Part shown: one piece after another, positions 9,809-20,278 of the stretch | How the letters are laid out: every line of letters begins with the position of its first letter | Position numbering within the stretch: position 1 is the stretch's first letter | Origin: a virus | Lineage: Duplodnaviria > Caudoviricetes | DNA length: 64,000 nucleotides | Reading direction: 5' to 3' (one strand) | IMG/VR virus record: IMGVR_UViG_3300034197_000017 | Span: 19,686 to 83,685 of that record | Notes under the pieces: generated by a model | Database searches by the model: none | What the model was told of the DNA's origin: nothing | Seen by the model: only the letters and a program-made list of their open reading frames with translations | Program-made: the position numbers and the translations under genes

Positions 9809-10404
9809 ATTTCAATCAAATCATTTTAGATATCCTAGATTGGATTAGAAGGAGTTTATGGACTGAGGAAATACATAATAAACCTTATCAGGTATTAGAT
9901 ACTAAAATAGGTACTACTGGCATCATTAAACGAGTGCAAAGGGATACTCCTAGAGCCGTAGCTACCTATATCCTAACTCCAGTACATAATTCTGACTCTA
10001 TTAAGGATTTCACAAAACAAAAATCAATAAAAGATATTCATATTTGTCTTGACCATTTATGGACAATTGAGCTGACTACACATTACCCACAAAAAACTAA
10101 ACATTCTATAAAAAGTAGACGGTTTAGTACTTCCGGGAAATCGCACACGGTAACAATACTTGAGGCTAGTAGATGGTTAAATAGAGAAGGTAATTACTCT
10201 AGCAATGTGATATTTACAAAAGAATATGATTTCTTAGGCTCAGATTTTAATGCTACTAGAGATAAGTATGCCATACCTATAATTACTGATATGGCTAATT
10301 TACTGCTTTATAGGAATTTGAAAACTATAAACTGGGAAATTGAAATTGAAATGAGCCAAAAGAGATTTATGGGTAGACATTATAGTTCAAAACATATGCA
10401 ATGA
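9805..10404 (+). CDS. Hypothetical protein (tail module)
   Basis: ATGA-coupled 199 aa ORF. Confidence 0.5.
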   Translation: MNFNQIILDILDWIRRSLWTEEIHNKPYQVLDTKIGTTGIIKRVQRDTPRAVATYILTPVHNSDSIKDFTKQKSIKDIHICLDHLWTIELTTHYPQKTKHSIKSRRFSTSGKSHTVTILEASRWLNREGNYSSNVIFTKEYDFLGSDFNATRDKYAIPIITDMANLLLYRNLKTINWEIEIEMSQKRFMGRHYSSKHMQ

Positions 10405-10817
10405 TTACTATTTTTGGTAAGAGATATAAAGCAATTAGTAACTTATTTGTAACTAATATAGAGGGAGAAAATCTTGTATTTCCTTCACCTATATCTATAC
10501 GTGCTATTATCGAAGATGAACAGAAGAACCTAGCAAATGAGTTGGAACTTAAGGTCAAATCTTACGAAGACTCGATGTTAATTCTAAATGGAAATTTTAG
10601 TTTATTTTTCTACCTATTGACTTATACTTTCCAAATAGAATGTTTTTATGTTTCCAATTTGACTAAAGATTCAACTAACCAAGAAGTTGATGGATTTAGA
10701 GGGCTATATAAATTTGTAAATACAAATGTATCTATGAATATAGGTACAGATGAGATTTACGATAATTATATTAAAGTACGAAAACCACTTATAGAATTAG
10801 AAGAGATTACAAGATGA
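10401..10817 (+). CDS. Hypothetical protein (tail module)
   Basis: ATGA-coupled 138 aa ORF. Confidence 0.5.
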   Translation: MITIFGKRYKAISNLFVTNIEGENLVFPSPISIRAIIEDEQKNLANELELKVKSYEDSMLILNGNFSLFFYLLTYTFQIECFYVSNLTKDSTNQEVDGFRGLYKFVNTNVSMNIGTDEIYDNYIKVRKPLIELEEITR

Positions 10818-11257
10818 CGTTAAAGGGAAAACCTCAATATAAAACACTTCCTGTTACTAAGGATGACGGTACTGTAGTAAATGTAACTAGAGTAGCTCTA
10901 AAAGACTTAGAAACTCTACTTGAACTCCAAGAAAAACTCCTAACTAAATATGTTGAAGCTGATGGTAGTTTTGGTCAGCTAATGTCTGATTCTGACCTAA
11001 TTGCAGATTTAACATCCATCTGTTCTCTACTGCCATTAGTGGAAAAGAGTAAAGGTGAAACTCAATATTTGAATTTTGAAGATATTCAAGATAACTGGGA
11101 GCAGCTTATTACCTTATTCTTTAATAGTGGTCTAGATGTAGAAACTAGAGAAGCTGGTAACGTACTTCCTAGCTCAGTTAGTCAACTTCATTTTTTTCCG
11201 TACATGCAGATAATTCAAAGATTAGTACAAGAAAAAGCAGCAAGAGAAGAAAGTTAA
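10814..11257 (+). CDS. Tail assembly chaperone (gpG-like)
   Basis: Acidic helical 147 aa protein upstream of the tape measure gene, containing a slippery site. Confidence 0.7.
   Translation: MTLKGKPQYKTLPVTKDDGTVVNVTRVALKDLETLLELQEKLLTKYVEADGSFGQLMSDSDLIADLTSICSLLPLVEKSKGETQYLNFEDIQDNWEQLITLFFNSGLDVETREAGNVLPSSVSQLHFFPYMQIIQRLVQEKAAREES
11191..11197 (+). other. Programmed -1 ribosomal frameshift site T TTT TTT giving a gpGT-like fusion (10814-11571, about 252 aa)
   Basis: The -1 frame is stop-free from 11191 through the 11314-11571 ORF (FFSVHADNSKISTRKSSKRRKLTALRYFRIKEPEYENTSILLNCLLSSYPENG...). Confidence 0.8.
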
Positions 11258-11313
11258 CTGCTCTTAGATATTTCAGGATAAAAGAGCCAGAATACGAAAA
11301 TACCTCTATATTA

Positions 11314-11571
11314 TTGAATTGTTTACTTAGTAGTTATCCTGAAAATGGGTTAAAACTATATAACTCTCTAGATTACTGGCAATGTAGAGAGTTATTGGAT
11401 ATTTCTAGCAATGGTAGAATTAATCCAGAAGGGAAATTACAACTATTAGAAAATGAAGTATTTAATACTTTTCTAGATAAATATTCCCTCTCTAAATTTA
11501 ATTGGTTGACCTTAGATGAACCAATTAACCTATGGAATATTAAAAATAGGACAGAAGAGATAATTGGCTAA
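11314..11571 (+). CDS. C-terminal (T) portion of the frameshifted tail chaperone
   Basis: Only a TTG start; lies in the -1 frame of 10814-11257; overlaps the TMP start. Confidence 0.7.
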   Translation: MNCLLSSYPENGLKLYNSLDYWQCRELLDISSNGRINPEGKLQLLENEVFNTFLDKYSLSKFNWLTLDEPINLWNIKNRTEEIIG

Positions 11572-14500
11572 TAGTTTTTTGAGTTTAGAAAAGAATTTAC
11601 AGGTATTAGATAAGGCTAGCTTAGACTTATCTGGTAGCTTACGTATGTTTACCTCTGGTAGTAAAGATGCATCTAATGCTATAGGGTCATTAAATGTAAA
11701 TTTAGGTAAACAGTTAAAAACTACAGAACAGAGCATTAAGAATTTCCATTTATTAGGTGTAGCTGTAGGTGGTACAGTTAAAGCCTTATTTGGGTTGACT
11801 ACTGCTGTATTAACTGTTCAATCCCTGGTAGCTCTAGGTCAAGAGGGATATAAGGCGTTTAAGCAGTTCAATTCTGTCTCTAAAACCTTAACATTCTCTG
11901 AAGCTATTACAGGAAGTAGTAAATTAGCGGATAACTTATCGTTTTTAGAGAAAACAAGCGATAGTTTAGGTAATAAATTAGCTCAAGGTTTATCTGTCTT
12001 CACAGATAATGATTCTTTTAATAAATTTGCTAGTACTGCTGTTACTGCATTTAGTGATGTAGAGGAAGCTGCCTATAGATTATCTACTGTTACAGTATCA
12101 GGTAATGAGAGAAGTATTTCTGCCCTAGGTAAAAATATAGAGGGTATGAAAAAGCTCCAAAAGGAGACTAAATATGCTCTAGATTCAGTTACCTTGCTAA
12201 ATGCTCAATATGATGTAGCATCAGCAGGCTTTACATCCTCTAGTGATACTCAAAAGGTAGGTAAATCTAGTGTTAACTTAGCTCAAGCAGGTTTTGGTAA
12301 TCTGGGCGGCTCTACTAACGCTATAGTCCGGGTGTTAAGCTCATTAGGAGAGACTGCTGATAGTTCAGAGAAACGAGCTGCACAGCTCTTTGAAACAACT
12401 AAGGTAGGTCTACTTACACTTGACCAATTATCTGCTAATATCGGCTCTCTATCCTCACAGGGTAAACAGTTAGGGGTTAGTTTTGAAGAAATAAATGCTG
12501 CCTTAGCTGTACTCACTACTCAGGGTGTTTCAGCCGATGAAGCCAGTACTAAATTATCTAGTTTCTTAGGTGATGTAGTCAATGTATCCCCAGAAGCTGC
12601 TAGAGCCTTAGCCCAATTTAGAGATGAGGCAGGTAAACCTATTCAGCTAAACTCAACTACCTTAAAAGAAAAAGGTATTGAGGGAATCATTAAGGACTTA
12701 AAGATAGCTACTAATGGTGAATTAGCCAAAATTCAACAGGTTTTTGCTAACCAAGAATCACAAGAATTAGCTACTCTGTTAATTGGTGCTGGAGAAAAGA
12801 AATTCTCTGGTGCTAAAACTAGAATTAAAAATGCTGATAGTAAAGGGTTAGAGGAAGAGGCAGCAAATAGAACTAAAACCTTAAAAGGAGGATTTGCTTC
12901 TGCCTTTAACCAGTCCCAAGCTCAAGTAGAAGATTTTGGGCAATCCTTCTCAGTATCAGTACTAAAACAACTGGAAGAGTCTAATACTCTACTTGCGGCA
13001 TTCGCTAGTAACTCCTCTGCTGCAATAGGGGGATTCTTAGGTACATTAAATGGGATTCAATCTAAACTTCAAGGGGTAGGTACATTTGTATCTAGCGTAT
13101 TTTCTACTATCGCACCGTTAGCCTTATTTACGGTATTAGGAAAAGGATTTTCTTTTGTTTTTAATAAACTGCAAGCTACTAAAAAAGAAGGTGAAACCCT
13201 ATTCCAAGCCCTAAAACGACAAGCTTTTGATTTTGCTCAAAGTATTGAAGATAGAATTATTAATGCAATAATCTCTATTCAAAAGAAAATAGCTGGAATC
13301 AAGTCTGAAATAGCTACGATAGAGGCTCAGTCAGCTAATCCTACTATATCCACTACTGCTCCCATACCAGGAGTAAACTCCTTAGTTCCAAAACAAAAAG
13401 GCTCTGTAACTGGATTTCTAAAAGATGAACTTTCTCTCCTAAGTTCTGGTGGACTTAAGAATGCCTTTACAGGAATTAAGACAGGTGCTGCAACTGCTGG
13501 TAGTGCCCTTAAATTAGCTTTTACAGGGGCTAGTGAAGTCATTGGTGCTACCGTATCACAATTTGCAGCTTTAGCTACTGGTGGGGCATTAATCGGTGGT
13601 ATGTTTGCCGTTATTGGTGGAGCTGCCGATACATTAGGTAAGTTACTAAACAGAAGTACTATTCCAGAAATAGTTACTCTTAAAGATACACTTAGTTCTA
13701 TAGAAGGTGTACCAGGATTAAAAGAATCTTTACGAGAGTTTGATGAATTTACCGATTCTGTAAATAGAGGTAATTTTGCTCTATCTGTTTATGGTGAATC
13801 CTTAGATAGACTTAAGGGCTTATTCAATAAAGTTACAGGTAAGACTCTAGTAAACGATAATATCCAGCAAGAAATAACAGATAGACAAAATATACTTGCT
13901 AGTTCGGTATCTAAAAGTCTAGCTGCTGGAAAGAATGGTAGATTAGTCGGAAATACTGTAGAAGAAAAGACAGTAAATAAAAAACTAGATTTAGGTTTAC
14001 AGTTAAATCCAGATGACCTTAAAACAGTTACAGATTCTCTTGATAATCAGATTAAAGCTAATAAAACATTAGTTACCTTACAAGAGCAAAAACTATCTGC
14101 TGAAAAAGCTAATGGTGGTGGAAATCCTGAAGTTATAGAGAATTTACAAAAAGAACTCAAACTACTAAAGGAAAAAACAGAGTCTGAATCTGCTGCATTA
14201 GAAAAACAAAAGCAATTCCTACTTTATTCCAGCAAAATCAAGGAATTCAGTAATATTAAGACTGATATTCCGATTAACATCCAAATTTCATCTAACTCAT
14301 TCATTGCTATTGAGAGTCAAATAGATTCTGTATCTAGAGATTTCAATGAAGCCTTTAGTGGAAAAGATATTGACCCTCAAGCATTAGCAACTAAGTTAGA
14401 TAGTATTATTCCAAGAATTAGTCAGTCTCTGGATGCCATTCAAACACAAATAGAGATTGACCCTAGCTCTGCTACTAAGCTTAGAGAACAGTTAGAAAAT

Positions 14501-17341
14501 AAGCTTGGGGTAAACCTGACTAAATATCTGGCTACAGACCCTGCTTTACGTAAAAAATATAACGAAACATTACAGCTAGAGACTACTGGTAGAGTAAATA
14601 AGGCCGAATCTAGGGAAACCGGAAGAGTTACAGCATTTTCTACCGCTCAACAACAGGGGTTAGATAATGCAGTTCTATCAGCAGTTAAATTTAGGGCTGA
14701 AACCGAGTCCATTAATGCTCAAGTAACCGCATTAACGGATGAATTGAGTAAACCTACAGTTCCACTACAGAGACAATTGGAACTACAGGGTCAAATTGAG
14801 CAACTAGAAGCTAAAAGAGTCGCATTAGCTACAGAAAATCAAATTAAACAGGAATTATCGGCTAAAAAGGATATTCAAAATATCGATACAGCCTTACTTT
14901 CCATAGAACAGGCTAAAATTGCCCTATATAGCCAACAAAATAAATTTGACCTATTTTCTATCTCGTTAGCTAGAGCTAAATATGCTGAATCTACAAAACA
15001 GTTACAAATCAGTAAACAGCAAACTGAATTAACGAATAGAGAGAATTTAATTAAAAAAGAACAGGCTGTTAAGGGATTAGAAGGCAAACTAGGTAGGGAT
15101 TCAGGAGCATTAAGTAAATTAGGTGCATTAACTCCATCTTCTACTATTAAACCAACTGCTACTCCTATAGGTACATCATCTCCTACAGTAGACATTCAAA
15201 AAACTTTAAGTGTATTAGAAACTAATAGGAAAAATCAGTTAGCTGGAACCGCAACTGCTAAATATAGCGATGATGAACAAAATAAAATCAGTAATGTTGT
15301 AAATAATATTACCGATGAATTCGTGTCTGGGTTTGCGGGTAAAACCAAAAGGTTATTAGGTGTCAATACTGGAGAAACTAAAGGCAAACTATTTAATTCT
15401 GATGGTGAGCTAGCTATCAGTGTAGATAGACTTCAGAAAATATTAGATAGTGGAATTACTAGTACAAATGGAGGCAGTAAGTTATCTACGCTTAATCGGG
15501 TAGATGCTGTAGAAGCAAAATCTTTAGTTAAGTTTAAGCCTGTAGAACAGGATACAGCTAGAAAAGAGATTAATAGTACTACTGCATCTGCTATTAAATC
15601 TGCTGTTGATAGTGCAACAACTAAAGCGGTTGATTCTACTAACTTAGAAAAAGATAAGAAGTCCAGAGAGTCTGCTGCTAGAAAAGATAGTGGTCAGAGT
15701 AAGACTGCTTTAGATTCAGCTAAAAAAGAACTCCTTTTTGCTCAAGTATTAGCGGATGTATCCAGTAGATTTTCTAACCTGTCTGCTACTATTCAGAGAA
15801 ATATACAGGGAGTTGAACTAGAATTCTCTGTAAGAGAGAAATTTGCTAAGAAAAATGAAGCTTTAGGTTCAGCTCTAGAGGGTATTGGTAGTACCTTAAG
15901 CTCCATTAGTAGTATTCCATTCCTATCTACTATTGGAAGTCAATTATCTACTATTGGAGTAGAGCGTAGTGGTGGTGTAGATAGAGCTACGTTAGATAGA
16001 GATAAGGCATTAAGAAGTATAGATGTAACGGTTCAAACTGCCCAATCTTTAGTAGATGATACTACTAAGGCTTTATCTCTAGCTAAGGCCAATGGTGCAA
16101 GTAAGCCAGTTATTGATAGACTACAACAAACCAGAGATAGTGCAGTTTCCAATCTAGATACCTTAAAGCAGGAATCTGTTATTGATAGAGCTAGGGTAAA
16201 TGAGGAAACTAATCTTTCAATTATCAATGAAAGGTTAAAAGTATTTGCCGCTAAAGTTGGAAATGTAAATGAAGCCTTTAATGCCCTAAAGGAAAAAGTA
16301 TCTAAACAGGCTGAATTGTTTAGTAGTATATTAGACCTAAATCAAAGACAAAAGGATAATGCTGCTGAAAATAATAAGGCTATAGGTACGTTACAGACCA
16401 ATATTCTAGGATTTATAGGTAAAAATAATCCTGCTGCATCTGCTTTATCTCAAAGAATTCAGGTCAGACAGATTGGTGATGAAACTAAGCAGCAAAAAGC
16501 CCAAACAGTAACTGAAGCTAAGAAGGAAGTATTAGATTTAACAGTTCAAAAGAATCAGCTAGAGTTAGATAGCAGAATGTTTGATAACGCTCTAACTCAA
16601 ACTCAAATCTTAGCTGATATTCTCAATGTCTCTCAGGGTGGTGAGGCTACTAATAGTAACACCTCTGAAGCCTTAGCTAGAATCCAGCAAATCCCTGATG
16701 CTATTAGAGCTAACCAACAATTTTCTAACGCTCAAAAAGGACTCATTGACCAAAAATTAGCCTTCATTCCTAAAGAATTGAATGGTAAACTGGCAAGACT
16801 TGAGTTAGATGCTTCCGGTAAGCAATTAAACGCTCTTGGAGGCTCTATAAACCCCTCTAACGTAGATTTGGTAGCTAAGAGTATATCGCGTGCTAGAGAG
16901 GCAGGAAAGGGGCTTAGAAGAGAGGATTACTCTATAGGAAGTCTTCAAGATGGTAATTTTACATCCATGTTGCAGACGATAAATTCTGTTTCAAATGGAG
17001 GTAAGATAAATACCAATGTTGGGCAATATCTAGAGACTCCAAAGAGTAATACATTGAATAGAGAATTACTCAGAACAAGTAGGGACTTACAGAATAATAA
17101 TAGACAGGATACTATAGCCTTACAACGTAATTTAACGAATAATGCAGTTTCAAGTAGGTCTAGTAGTTCCCCATCTTCTATAAACTCTAACTTATACTTT
17201 AATTTCCAAATTACCAGTCAGGAAGCTAGTAGTAGAGGAGCTGACTGGGAGAAACAAATGAGGAGTATTGTTACTAGTGCTGTAAGTGATGGAAATAGAG
17301 CTTTATCTAACCAAGTATTACAATATGCAAAAAGCTTTTAA
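11564..17341 (+). CDS. Tail tape measure protein (TP901-like core)
   Basis: 1925 aa helical Ala/Ser/Leu-rich protein; LDQLSANIG..LGVSFEEINAALAVLTTQG..EAST core motif; follows the chaperones. Confidence 0.9.
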   Translation: MANSFLSLEKNLQVLDKASLDLSGSLRMFTSGSKDASNAIGSLNVNLGKQLKTTEQSIKNFHLLGVAVGGTVKALFGLTTAVLTVQSLVALGQEGYKAFKQFNSVSKTLTFSEAITGSSKLADNLSFLEKTSDSLGNKLAQGLSVFTDNDSFNKFASTAVTAFSDVEEAAYRLSTVTVSGNERSISALGKNIEGMKKLQKETKYALDSVTLLNAQYDVASAGFTSSSDTQKVGKSSVNLAQAGFGNLGGSTNAIVRVLSSLGETADSSEKRAAQLFETTKVGLLTLDQLSANIGSLSSQGKQLGVSFEEINAALAVLTTQGVSADEASTKLSSFLGDVVNVSPEAARALAQFRDEAGKPIQLNSTTLKEKGIEGIIKDLKIATNGELAKIQQVFANQESQELATLLIGAGEKKFSGAKTRIKNADSKGLEEEAANRTKTLKGGFASAFNQSQAQVEDFGQSFSVSVLKQLEESNTLLAAFASNSSAAIGGFLGTLNGIQSKLQGVGTFVSSVFSTIAPLALFTVLGKGFSFVFNKLQATKKEGETLFQALKRQAFDFAQSIEDRIINAIISIQKKIAGIKSEIATIEAQSANPTISTTAPIPGVNSLVPKQKGSVTGFLKDELSLLSSGGLKNAFTGIKTGAATAGSALKLAFTGASEVIGATVSQFAALATGGALIGGMFAVIGGAADTLGKLLNRSTIPEIVTLKDTLSSIEGVPGLKESLREFDEFTDSVNRGNFALSVYGESLDRLKGLFNKVTGKTLVNDNIQQEITDRQNILASSVSKSLAAGKNGRLVGNTVEEKTVNKKLDLGLQLNPDDLKTVTDSLDNQIKANKTLVTLQEQKLSAEKANGGGNPEVIENLQKELKLLKEKTESESAALEKQKQFLLYSSKIKEFSNIKTDIPINIQISSNSFIAIESQIDSVSRDFNEAFSGKDIDPQALATKLDSIIPRISQSLDAIQTQIEIDPSSATKLREQLENKLGVNLTKYLATDPALRKKYNETLQLETTGRVNKAESRETGRVTAFSTAQQQGLDNAVLSAVKFRAETESINAQVTALTDELSKPTVPLQRQLELQGQIEQLEAKRVALATENQIKQELSAKKDIQNIDTALLSIEQAKIALYSQQNKFDLFSISLARAKYAESTKQLQISKQQTELTNRENLIKKEQAVKGLEGKLGRDSGALSKLGALTPSSTIKPTATPIGTSSPTVDIQKTLSVLETNRKNQLAGTATAKYSDDEQNKISNVVNNITDEFVSGFAGKTKRLLGVNTGETKGKLFNSDGELAISVDRLQKILDSGITSTNGGSKLSTLNRVDAVEAKSLVKFKPVEQDTARKEINSTTASAIKSAVDSATTKAVDSTNLEKDKKSRESAARKDSGQSKTALDSAKKELLFAQVLADVSSRFSNLSATIQRNIQGVELEFSVREKFAKKNEALGSALEGIGSTLSSISSIPFLSTIGSQLSTIGVERSGGVDRATLDRDKALRSIDVTVQTAQSLVDDTTKALSLAKANGASKPVIDRLQQTRDSAVSNLDTLKQESVIDRARVNEETNLSIINERLKVFAAKVGNVNEAFNALKEKVSKQAELFSSILDLNQRQKDNAAENNKAIGTLQTNILGFIGKNNPAASALSQRIQVRQIGDETKQQKAQTVTEAKKEVLDLTVQKNQLELDSRMFDNALTQTQILADILNVSQGGEATNSNTSEALARIQQIPDAIRANQQFSNAQKGLIDQKLAFIPKELNGKLARLELDASGKQLNALGGSINPSNVDLVAKSISRAREAGKGLRREDYSIGSLQDGNFTSMLQTINSVSNGGKINTNVGQYLETPKSNTLNRELLRTSRDLQNNNRQDTIALQRNLTNNAVSSRSSSSPSSINSNLYFNFQITSQEASSRGADWEKQMRSIVTSAVSDGNRALSNQVLQYAKSF

Positions 17342-17375
17342 TACCCGTTAGAAAATAGTAAAATAGTATATATTA

Positions 17376-18149
17376 TTGGATAAAAATATGAATATAATAG
17401 TAAAATTTTTAGTAAATAGTTCATTAAAGCAAGGTACAGGTCAAAAGAGTTCACTTTCACCTGATAATTATTTCGATGTAGCTAAGGAGGGGGAAATAGT
17501 AGCTACTGAAGTGCTGATTGCTGAAAATAATCATTATAAGATTAAAGTCAGTCCTACCATTAATTCAAAAACTACTTGGTATGTATTTCAAGACCATGTG
17601 AGATTATTGGATATGAATGGAAAGGTATTCGACGTAGATAAATACGATATTCCTAACTTAGATACCACTTCTCCCCAGTCTGGAGTAACTACAGTTCCAG
17701 ATATAGCTCCTACAGTTAGTAATGATACTGTTTTTATCCTTGGAGTAGGTCAAGTTAGTTTATCTAGCCCTATAACGTCAAAGGGCAATTTTACATGGTC
17801 TGAAGCTACTCATGGGGGAACTAGATTACCTCAATATAAGGAGCATACCGATAATATTATTAAGGTAGCTACGTTACTTCAACCCTATAGAACCAGATTA
17901 AATAGAGAATTTAATATTACTAGCTGGTACAGACCAGAGCCGTTTAATAGTGCTGCTGGTGGTGCTACTAATAGTACTCACTTATATGGTCAAGCCGTAG
18001 ATTTCTGGGTAGATGGGTTTACTAGGGAGCAGCTATACGATTATTTTGACCCTACTTGGACTGGTGGGTTAGGTCTATATCCAAATCTACAAATAATCCA
18101 CGTAGATTGTAGGTCTTATGTGGCTAGATGGTTCGGTATGGGTACATGA
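17376..18149 (+). CDS. Endolysin, peptidase M15A family with N-terminal cyanobacterial-type domain (likely ATG 17388)
   Basis: ITSWYRP..NSAAGGATNSTHLYGQAVD..GGLGLY..IHVDCR zinc peptidase motifs. Confidence 0.85.
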   Translation: MDKNMNIIVKFLVNSSLKQGTGQKSSLSPDNYFDVAKEGEIVATEVLIAENNHYKIKVSPTINSKTTWYVFQDHVRLLDMNGKVFDVDKYDIPNLDTTSPQSGVTTVPDIAPTVSNDTVFILGVGQVSLSSPITSKGNFTWSEATHGGTRLPQYKEHTDNIIKVATLLQPYRTRLNREFNITSWYRPEPFNSAAGGATNSTHLYGQAVDFWVDGFTREQLYDYFDPTWTGGLGLYPNLQIIHVDCRSYVARWFGMGT

Positions 18150-18663
18150 TTTACTATATAAATTAATTAATATTATGGCTTTTCTAACAAAAATATTAAA
18201 ACCCTTAGCCCAGATAGATGTTAAGGCTAAGGTAAAGGGGATAGTAGCTAAGCAGATATCTAAATATATGACTGAGCTTAAAGACCCTGCTACTTACCGT
18301 AGAGGAGGTGTTTTAGGTGTACTTCATAGAGTTAATCCAGAACAAAATGATAGGGTTAATAGAGCTATCCTAGACTTAGATGATTTAGCAAATAATGGAA
18401 CAAATATTATCTCTAGAAGAGAATTTCTAGATAAGGCAGGTAATAGATTATTTCAAAGGCAGAAACCATTCATGAATACGATGGAACACACCCCATTTGA
18501 GAAGTTGAATGATGCTTTGGATAAAACTAAAAAAGTATTAAATGACCCAGTTACAGGGGAGTTAAATGAAATAATCGATGTAACTAAAACTACTAAACCT
18601 AATGCACCTCAAAAGAAAACCTCTAACTTATCTAGAGGTTTTATGTATTTCACTGAAATATAA
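18118..18663 (+). CDS. Hypothetical basic protein (likely ATG 18175)
   Basis: Lys/Arg-rich ORF after the endolysin. Confidence 0.5.
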   Translation: MWLDGSVWVHDLLYKLINIMAFLTKILKPLAQIDVKAKVKGIVAKQISKYMTELKDPATYRRGGVLGVLHRVNPEQNDRVNRAILDLDDLANNGTNIISRREFLDKAGNRLFQRQKPFMNTMEHTPFEKLNDALDKTKKVLNDPVTGELNEIIDVTKTTKPNAPQKKTSNLSRGFMYFTEI

Positions 18664-18679
18664 ATTAATACTTGGTGAT

Positions 18680-19723
18680 TTAAGGTTTAAGCTGTCTAAT
18701 TACTTCTTTCAGTGCTGTCTGAAGAATCTCATCTCTCAGGTAGAAACTATCCTGATAAATGGTCTTAGACTCACCCATAGATGCAATAGCTTTCAGTCTA
18801 TCTAATAGAGTGAGTTTGGGGTAATTAGAGGGCAAAGCTTCACCAGGAAAGCAAACATCTGGTCTATAGCGGTAATAGACTAGATATTCATGGTAACTAG
18901 CTTCTATCTCATTGGAATGGAAGTCAAGGTTTAGCTTTGCTTCCTCTAAAGTCATTGGAGGTCTAACCTGACATGGATATCCATCTCTATTGGTTAAAAC
19001 TGTTTCTCCAATTAAATACTCTACTAATAAAGCTACAGTTTCTTCCCCTATTTCTCGTTGACTTTTATTTTCAGCCAATTTATCTCTGAATATAGGCATA
19101 AGGATAGTACCGAACATTGCATGAACATTCAAAGGTTTATCCTTAAATAATCTATCAGTCAGAGTAGAGGTATCGAAATAGTTAGGTTGTCCTTTAACTA
19201 CATCAGCAAGATAGTGACTTAAACAATCATGGTAATTACACATAGCACTCTCTAAGTTAAGAATTTCATAGATTGTGCTATTATGCATATCCTTATTTTG
19301 TTCCCAATAAGGTGTTAAGAAATAGTGAGATGCTCCTCTAGCATATAAGGCATTCAGAATACCGAATTTAATACTTTCCTGTATCTCTTTCTTATTCTCT
19401 GAGATGTAAGAATTTATAAACTCTTGGTTTTGTACAATATACGGCTCTAGTTTTTCTAACGCCTCTACTGCATCTACAGAAGTGAATAGCAACCCTTTAT
19501 TAAATATAGCCGTACCAATAATTAACTGATATAGAAAATCATTGATAAAACTCTTCTTATCCTTACCTTTATTGATATACCCTGTGGCAAGTCTCAATAC
19601 TTCTCTTTTGAATATAGTAGCCTCTTCATAGAATCTACTCTTATCAAAATGCCGTCCAGAGTAAGGCATTAACTCTGTCCAATATCGATTATTTATTAAA
19701 AAAAGTTCCTGAGCTTGAGTCAT
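18680..19723 (-). CDS. Hypothetical protein
   Basis: 347 aa ORF convergent with the + strand late operon. Confidence 0.6.
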   Translation of the reverse strand: MTQAQELFLINNRYWTELMPYSGRHFDKSRFYEEATIFKREVLRLATGYINKGKDKKSFINDFLYQLIIGTAIFNKGLLFTSVDAVEALEKLEPYIVQNQEFINSYISENKKEIQESIKFGILNALYARGASHYFLTPYWEQNKDMHNSTIYEILNLESAMCNYHDCLSHYLADVVKGQPNYFDTSTLTDRLFKDKPLNVHAMFGTILMPIFRDKLAENKSQREIGEETVALLVEYLIGETVLTNRDGYPCQVRPPMTLEEAKLNLDFHSNEIEASYHEYLVYYRYRPDVCFPGEALPSNYPKLTLLDRLKAIASMGESKTIYQDSFYLRDEILQTALKEVIRQLKP

Positions 19724-19919
19724 AATGTAATAATTTTTTAGTCAATTCTTTGCAAATGTTTTCTTTTAAACAGTAAGCATCGAATAAATCCATCAACATC
19801 TTATCTTTTTCTTCAGGAGGAATCCTATCTAGTGATAGCTCAAGATTTCTTCTATTTAGCTTTTGATTTGTAGTCAATTGGAAGGATTCAGGAGAGAAAT
19901 CTAACGCTGGAGGAATCAT
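19689..19919 (-). CDS. nblA: NblA-like phycobilisome degradation protein
   Basis: LTTNQKLNRRNLELSLDRIPPEEKDKMLMDLFDAYCLKENICKELTK aligns without gaps to the recalled NblA pattern LSLEQQF..........MS.DQA..FL..LY.QM..RE..Y.ELLK; size fits. Confidence 0.6.
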   Translation of the reverse strand: MIPPALDFSPESFQLTTNQKLNRRNLELSLDRIPPEEKDKMLMDLFDAYCLKENICKELTKKLLHYDSSSGTFFNK

Positions 19920-19970
19920 TATTTTAATCTAAAATATTAGACGTGAAATTAACTGAAACTTAAACTTAAA

Positions 19971-20219
19971 TCAAAAGTCTATACTATTTCTATTATACTG
20001 GTCATCTTGCCCCCCTTCTGGGTTTAGGCATGGGCTAATTGGCGTAACTTTTCCAGTAGATATAGCGTATTTACAAATCTTGGTATATACAGCATCTGGG
20101 GGAGCTACCCTACTATCAGGACTAGCGTTAGACCAATAAAATATTCCATCTGTGCGCTTAATCTTACAGAACTTACAGTAAACCGTTGTTTCATTTGTGG
20201 GGGTATTAGGTTCAGGCAT
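19971..20219 (-). CDS. Small Cys-rich protein resembling a cyanobacterial conserved hypothetical family
   Basis: CxxC...ICKY...CLN pattern (4 Cys). Confidence 0.45.
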   Translation of the reverse strand: MPEPNTPTNETTVYCKFCKIKRTDGIFYWSNASPDSRVAPPDAVYTKICKYAISTGKVTPISPCLNPEGGQDDQYNRNSIDF

Positions 20220-20278
20220 TGATTACATTAACTACAGTATTGCCATAGTATAAATAATCTTAATTAAGATGTCAAGGA

